A stretch of 64,000 nt of DNA from the IMG/VR virus record IMGVR_UViG_3300013121_000001, positions 1 through 64,000 of that record; one strand, given 5' to 3'. The position numbers were made by a program, and so were the translations under genes. The notes beneath the pieces were generated by a model. It saw nothing but the letters and a program-made list of their open reading frames with translations. It searched no databases and was not told where the DNA came from. Source of the stretch: a virus (Duplodnaviria > Caudoviricetes). This document shows positions 60,212 to 64,000 of this stretch, one piece after another. The first letter of the stretch is position 1. The number at the start of each line of letters is the position of its first letter.

Positions 60212-61257
60212 ACGTTCCCACCTGGAGGAGGAGGAGGAGGAGGAGTTGTATTTACAGGAGGAGTTGTATTAGTGATAGGCGCAGGACCACGAGCTGTATT
60301 TGCAGCTTGCGCACTAGTACCAATGAAGTTTTGTTGCGCTGAATTGTAAGATATCCAACGCATCAACTTCATTAACCACACTAATTCACCGCTGAGTAAA
60401 CCTAACGCACTTGCGAATATATCCATAAGAATCATTGCAAGTGTAATAAGAGTACGATTACTGAAATCAGTAGAGAACTGATTTACTTTTCTTGCAAACA
60501 AGTCACTTGAAATATTGGGATCCAAGTTTGCTAATGGAATCTCAAACGTAAGTAATTGATTCCAGTGAAAGTCTAACGCATAAATACCTGCGCCAAATAT
60601 AATAGACATAGCGAATGCAAAGATCTCTTCATATGTAGCACCTTTAGCATTGTAGCAATAGATTATTGCAGCAATACCAAGAGCTGCACATATAGTAAAG
60701 AAAGTCATACTGGTTGCAGCAGCACTAGTTAAGCCACCAGTGTATGACATATATAAAAACATTGCAATAGTTAATAGTGTACCTACAATAAATACAACAG
60801 GTAACGGTTTAATATTTTTCCTTTCCTGTTTTGTTATAGGATCTATTTTGCTTTCTATAAAGAAAGCATAGTTCTTTGCAATGTTTGGATCGAAGTCAGG
60901 ACGTTTTAATGCTGTTGTATCATACATCATCATTAACAATAAAGGCATCAAATAAGTTGATACCGTACCAACTAATTGCATTGTAATAACCAATGCTTCG
61001 GATATGTCTGTCCATCCAACTGATACCATTCTATCATGCATTGTCTCACCAACAAACCATGAAAATAATAAAGAAGCAATTAGCAATGCCAAAGACCCAC
61101 CTACTGCAAGAAATTTTGCAGGATTCCCCATAGCATTTGCTACGATTTTCCACATCTTCATCTGGTTCTTTACATCACCAGATTCGTAGTAAGCACTTAT
61201 GATAGCACCTATAACTACGAGACCTACAAGAATTAATCCTAATATTGTTAGTGTCAT
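60184..61257 (-). CDS. Multi-pass membrane protein with Pro-rich C-terminal linker
   Basis: About 7 hydrophobic segments. Probable start MTLTIL at 61257 (TAATG-coupled to polA). Ends ...TTPPPPPPPGGNVNPPPGLTP. Confidence 0.75.
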   Translation of the reverse strand: MTLTILGLILVGLVVIGAIISAYYESGDVKNQMKMWKIVANAMGNPAKFLAVGGSLALLIASLLFSWFVGETMHDRMVSVGWTDISEALVITMQLVGTVSTYLMPLLLMMMYDTTALKRPDFDPNIAKNYAFFIESKIDPITKQERKNIKPLPVVFIVGTLLTIAMFLYMSYTGGLTSAAATSMTFFTICAALGIAAIIYCYNAKGATYEEIFAFAMSIIFGAGIYALDFHWNQLLTFEIPLANLDPNISSDLFARKVNQFSTDFSNRTLITLAMILMDIFASALGLLSGELVWLMKLMRWISYNSAQQNFIGTSAQAANTARGPAPITNTTPPVNTTPPPPPPPGGNVNPPPGLTP

Positions 61258-63167
61258 TACTTTATCCAGGTTTTGTTTATGTGCATAGAACATTCCATTT
61301 CTACGTCATTGGTTAGAAATTCATTTGCAGCATTTATTATAATTCTTTTAGCTGCTTCTGCAATTTCAGGAGTGTTTTCTGGTACCTCAAATACTATCTC
61401 ATCGTATACTGTCATACGTATTTTACAATCATACTCTGGTATTGTATATGCAAAATACTCATAAAGTCTAATGAGACATAACTTTAACATGTCTGCATTT
61501 GTTGATTGCATTGGCAGGTTAAATAGTTGACGTACAAGTCTGTGTCTATTATGATAATATACTCCAGCTTTCTTGTGTTCATTATACTCTTCTAATATAA
61601 GAAGTCTATTAGATACATCATTAGCTCTAGCTATTCCATTCATCATTGATTGATTTACAAATGATTCTAAATAGTCTAATGCTGAAACTAATCTTTCACG
61701 AATAGCTTTATAAACTTTTTTAGCTATTGGTCTTTGTATGTTTAGTACTTCTGCTATACGTGCATCTGTTGCACCATAAATTATACCAAACAAAACTCGC
61801 TTGTGTATAGATCTTTTATCTGCATTCACAGTACTTGATACTGTAAATCCTGGATCCTCGGTTATAATTCTATATGATACTGTAGCTAGTTCAGAGTGTA
61901 AGTCTAAGTGTCCTGACACTCCAGCCTTTAATACAGGGTCATTACTTGCTGATGCTAAGATACGCAATTCTGCTCCACTTAAATCACAAGTTACCATAGA
62001 ATAACCAGGTCTTGCTACAAAACATTTTCGTATCTCTGGTTTTTGTGGTATGTTTTGTAGGTTCACATAAGTCTTTTTATTTGTTTTCTTATGTGATATA
62101 TCTGATGATATTAATCTACCTGTAGCAGATATATTTTGCTGTATATTAGTACGTATTATACCATTGTTTACAGTACTTAGAAATGTAGTTCCATAAGTAC
62201 TTACTAATTTAGCATACTCTTTTACTTTTAATAAAAGGTGTATTAAACTTTTTAAGTCTGCATTAGTTCCATAAGATGAATACTTTTCCAATGTTTGCTT
62301 TCTTGTATTCTTTATTAATGGATCTATTGCCTGCATTAGAGTTAATAGTTGTGTTGGACTATTTAGATTAATGTATCTTAAATCATCCTTTGATTTAACT
62401 TTGAAATCTTTTGAGTACTCAACCTCATTAAGTCTATACTTAATATATATCTTTTCTAAGAAGCTATATACATTACTTAAATATCTTAAGTGTTCTTGTG
62501 TAAAGTGCTCTGTGTTTCTTTCGTGTTGTTCCACGTCATAACATATACCCTCCTCACACATTTCTGCAAGTATTGGCGTTAGCCTGTTTTCTAATCTAAT
62601 ACACCCTATCTCTTGTATTCCTAACTCTTCGCATAGATCTTTTTCAAGTGCTTGTTGTCCAGCTACAATATCTTCAAGATAAATTATATCGTTTACCATA
62701 TATTCTATCTGTTCCTTGCTAAGCTCTTGTCCAAATTTAAATGAAGTTTGAAGTTCCTTGCTTATGTTGTTACCAGTATAAGTGTATACTAAATTCTTGT
62801 ATGATCTGTCAAAGTTCATGCCCTTAGTAAGTACACATTCTGTTTGATATGTATCTATTACATTCCATGTACCAACCTTACAATTCATGTAGTATTTAAT
62901 GAATGGTAAATCAAATAATAAGTTGTGTCCTATTATTGTTTTTGAAGACAGCTCACACATCAACATATATATTTCAGATGTTGATTCTGTCATAGGAATT
63001 AAGAATTGCGTACTCTTATTTCCTAGTGTGATCGCAACTATTTGATCTTCAAGATAGTTTAAACCTTCAGTTTCTATATCAAGACATACTGTGTCTACTG
63101 ATTCAAGCCAATCTATGATCTCCCAAACAGCGCAACTAACAATGGTGTTATTTGTGCTTTTGTACAT
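61257..63167 (-). CDS. polA: Family A DNA polymerase with 3'-5' exonuclease
   Basis: ExoI CLDIETEG, ExoII GHNLLFD, ExoIII YMVND. Polymerase motifs TGRL, LQNIP, A DLSGAELRILA, B RSIHKRVLFGIIYG, C VYDE. Confidence 0.92.
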   Translation of the reverse strand: MYKSTNNTIVSCAVWEIIDWLESVDTVCLDIETEGLNYLEDQIVAITLGNKSTQFLIPMTESTSEIYMLMCELSSKTIIGHNLLFDLPFIKYYMNCKVGTWNVIDTYQTECVLTKGMNFDRSYKNLVYTYTGNNISKELQTSFKFGQELSKEQIEYMVNDIIYLEDIVAGQQALEKDLCEELGIQEIGCIRLENRLTPILAEMCEEGICYDVEQHERNTEHFTQEHLRYLSNVYSFLEKIYIKYRLNEVEYSKDFKVKSKDDLRYINLNSPTQLLTLMQAIDPLIKNTRKQTLEKYSSYGTNADLKSLIHLLLKVKEYAKLVSTYGTTFLSTVNNGIIRTNIQQNISATGRLISSDISHKKTNKKTYVNLQNIPQKPEIRKCFVARPGYSMVTCDLSGAELRILASASNDPVLKAGVSGHLDLHSELATVSYRIITEDPGFTVSSTVNADKRSIHKRVLFGIIYGATDARIAEVLNIQRPIAKKVYKAIRERLVSALDYLESFVNQSMMNGIARANDVSNRLLILEEYNEHKKAGVYYHNRHRLVRQLFNLPMQSTNADMLKLCLIRLYEYFAYTIPEYDCKIRMTVYDEIVFEVPENTPEIAEAAKRIIINAANEFLTNDVEMECSMHINKTWIK

Positions 63168-63846
63168 AGGGTCTTATCTTCTCTACTTCCGTAAATGTTA
63201 CTAACTTTGCTACGTGCCAGTTGTTTGGATCTCTTAACATACTTGCTGGTATTTGATCGTATGTGTTAGGGATAGTCATCAATGATCTAATCATTGGATT
63301 ATCACCTATTACTTCCTGTATATTAGGAATGTAATTAAATCTATAGGCTTGTGCATGAAACTTTTTTGGAGGTTCATTTAGATCTATAAGTTCTAATGAG
63401 CCATAGGTTCCACCACATACTACATAATCTGTAGACGTCATTGAATTGTTCTGTGGCTTACGTTTAAATATTAAGCCATACTCAGTTAATACTACTGATG
63501 CTTCCGTTTCATCATACGCTAACATTAAAGTATCTTCACAAGTTAGTGTAACATCCTTAGCTTCTATACCTTGCCTCTTATTAAGTGCAGTACACACTAA
63601 ATCACACACTTGCTGTTCAGTAATTGTATCAGTAAGTATGGACAGCACACCATTAGATGGTGCATCTAATGGTGTTTTGTGTTCAGATGATGCTATTATA
63701 ATAATAGAATCAGCATTTAATATTTGTCCTGTAACTACACTAAACTCTGTTATGTATTTCTTACATGACTTACCTGTTGCCATATCTTTATGAAAGTATG
63801 ACATATAGTTTCCTATCTGTATTCTATCTTTTAGTTTTATGTTCAT
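63148..63846 (-). CDS. Hypothetical protein
   Basis: 232-aa ORF overlapping the polA start. Confidence 0.6.
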   Translation of the reverse strand: MNIKLKDRIQIGNYMSYFHKDMATGKSCKKYITEFSVVTGQILNADSIIIIASSEHKTPLDAPSNGVLSILTDTITEQQVCDLVCTALNKRQGIEAKDVTLTCEDTLMLAYDETEASVVLTEYGLIFKRKPQNNSMTSTDYVVCGGTYGSLELIDLNEPPKKFHAQAYRFNYIPNIQEVIGDNPMIRSLMTIPNTYDQIPASMLRDPNNWHVAKLVTFTEVEKIRPYVQKHK

Positions 63847-63998
63847 TCTATTACTCTTTTTAGTTTACTAAATGTGGAACTACTATCTGGTATTATTGTA
63901 AAGTTCCAGCTAATAGTTACTACTTTCTCTGAGACATGAATAACTTTCTTGTCTCTAATGTGTACCCATTTCTCAATAGTTGTATCATTTACTACTGT
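63843..63998 (-). CDS. Partial hypothetical protein (5'-truncated)
   Basis: Open frame ...TVVNDTTIEKWVHIRD...KRVIE, ATGA-coupled to the next gene. Confidence 0.5.
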   Translation of the reverse strand, partial: TVVNDTTIEKWVHIRDKKVIHVSEKVVTISWNFTIIPDSSSTFSKLKRVIE

Positions 63999-64000
63999 AT

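Noticed and set aside
60224-60245. (GAG)n microsatellite as a phase-variation tract
   Set aside because: The trinucleotide unit encodes poly-Pro, so slippage would not change frame. It is relevant only as context for the frameshift candidate.
59265-60272. + strand ORFs 59265-59861 and 59889-60272 (poly-Glu end)
   Set aside because: They mirror - strand coding; the poly-Glu is the antisense of the CCT proline tract.
1-64000. Stop-codon reassignment, known in some crAss-like phages
   Set aside because: Genes are long and tightly packed in the standard code. TAG (7687, 8945, 44200) and TGA (46524, 47328) end genes where the next gene or a terminator begins, and no suppressor tRNA is seen.

Overview
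AT-rich fragment of a crAss-like (Crassvirales-type) podophage genome, probably infecting an environmental Bacteroidota host, read in the standard genetic code. The + strand (1-44200) carries a virion module. It starts with a 5'-truncated giant Cys-rich fibre-like protein and two smaller partners, followed by tail ring, tubular and stabilisation (muzzle) proteins. Then come ejected 'cargo' proteins with peptidoglycan-hydrolase domains, a 5038-aa virion RNA polymerase polyprotein (DFDID motif), a 106-aa protein and a PD-(D/E)xK-containing giant protein. The - strand (44228-64000) converges on a terminator at about 44.2 kb. It carries replication and recombination genes (family A DNA polymerase, DnaB-like helicase, P-loop ATPase, putative SSB, primase, UDG, Hjc-like resolvase, exonuclease), an AsnRS-like catalytic domain, an enlarged tRNA-like RNA, a metallophosphoesterase and many small hypothetical genes. 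Best leads: (1) only four cysteines in about 7900 aa of consecutive cargo proteins, all at facing termini, suggesting a head-to-tail disulfide chain; (2) a 158-nt tRNA-shaped RNA with expanded arms and no canonical anticodon, about 500 bp from an aaRS paralogue lacking an anticodon-binding domain; (3) a candidate -1 frameshift (slippery heptamer, 6-nt spacer, hairpin) fusing a membrane protein to a coiled-coil domain; (4) a segment-permuted P-loop ATPase. All assignments come from reading motifs by eye; no searches were run.
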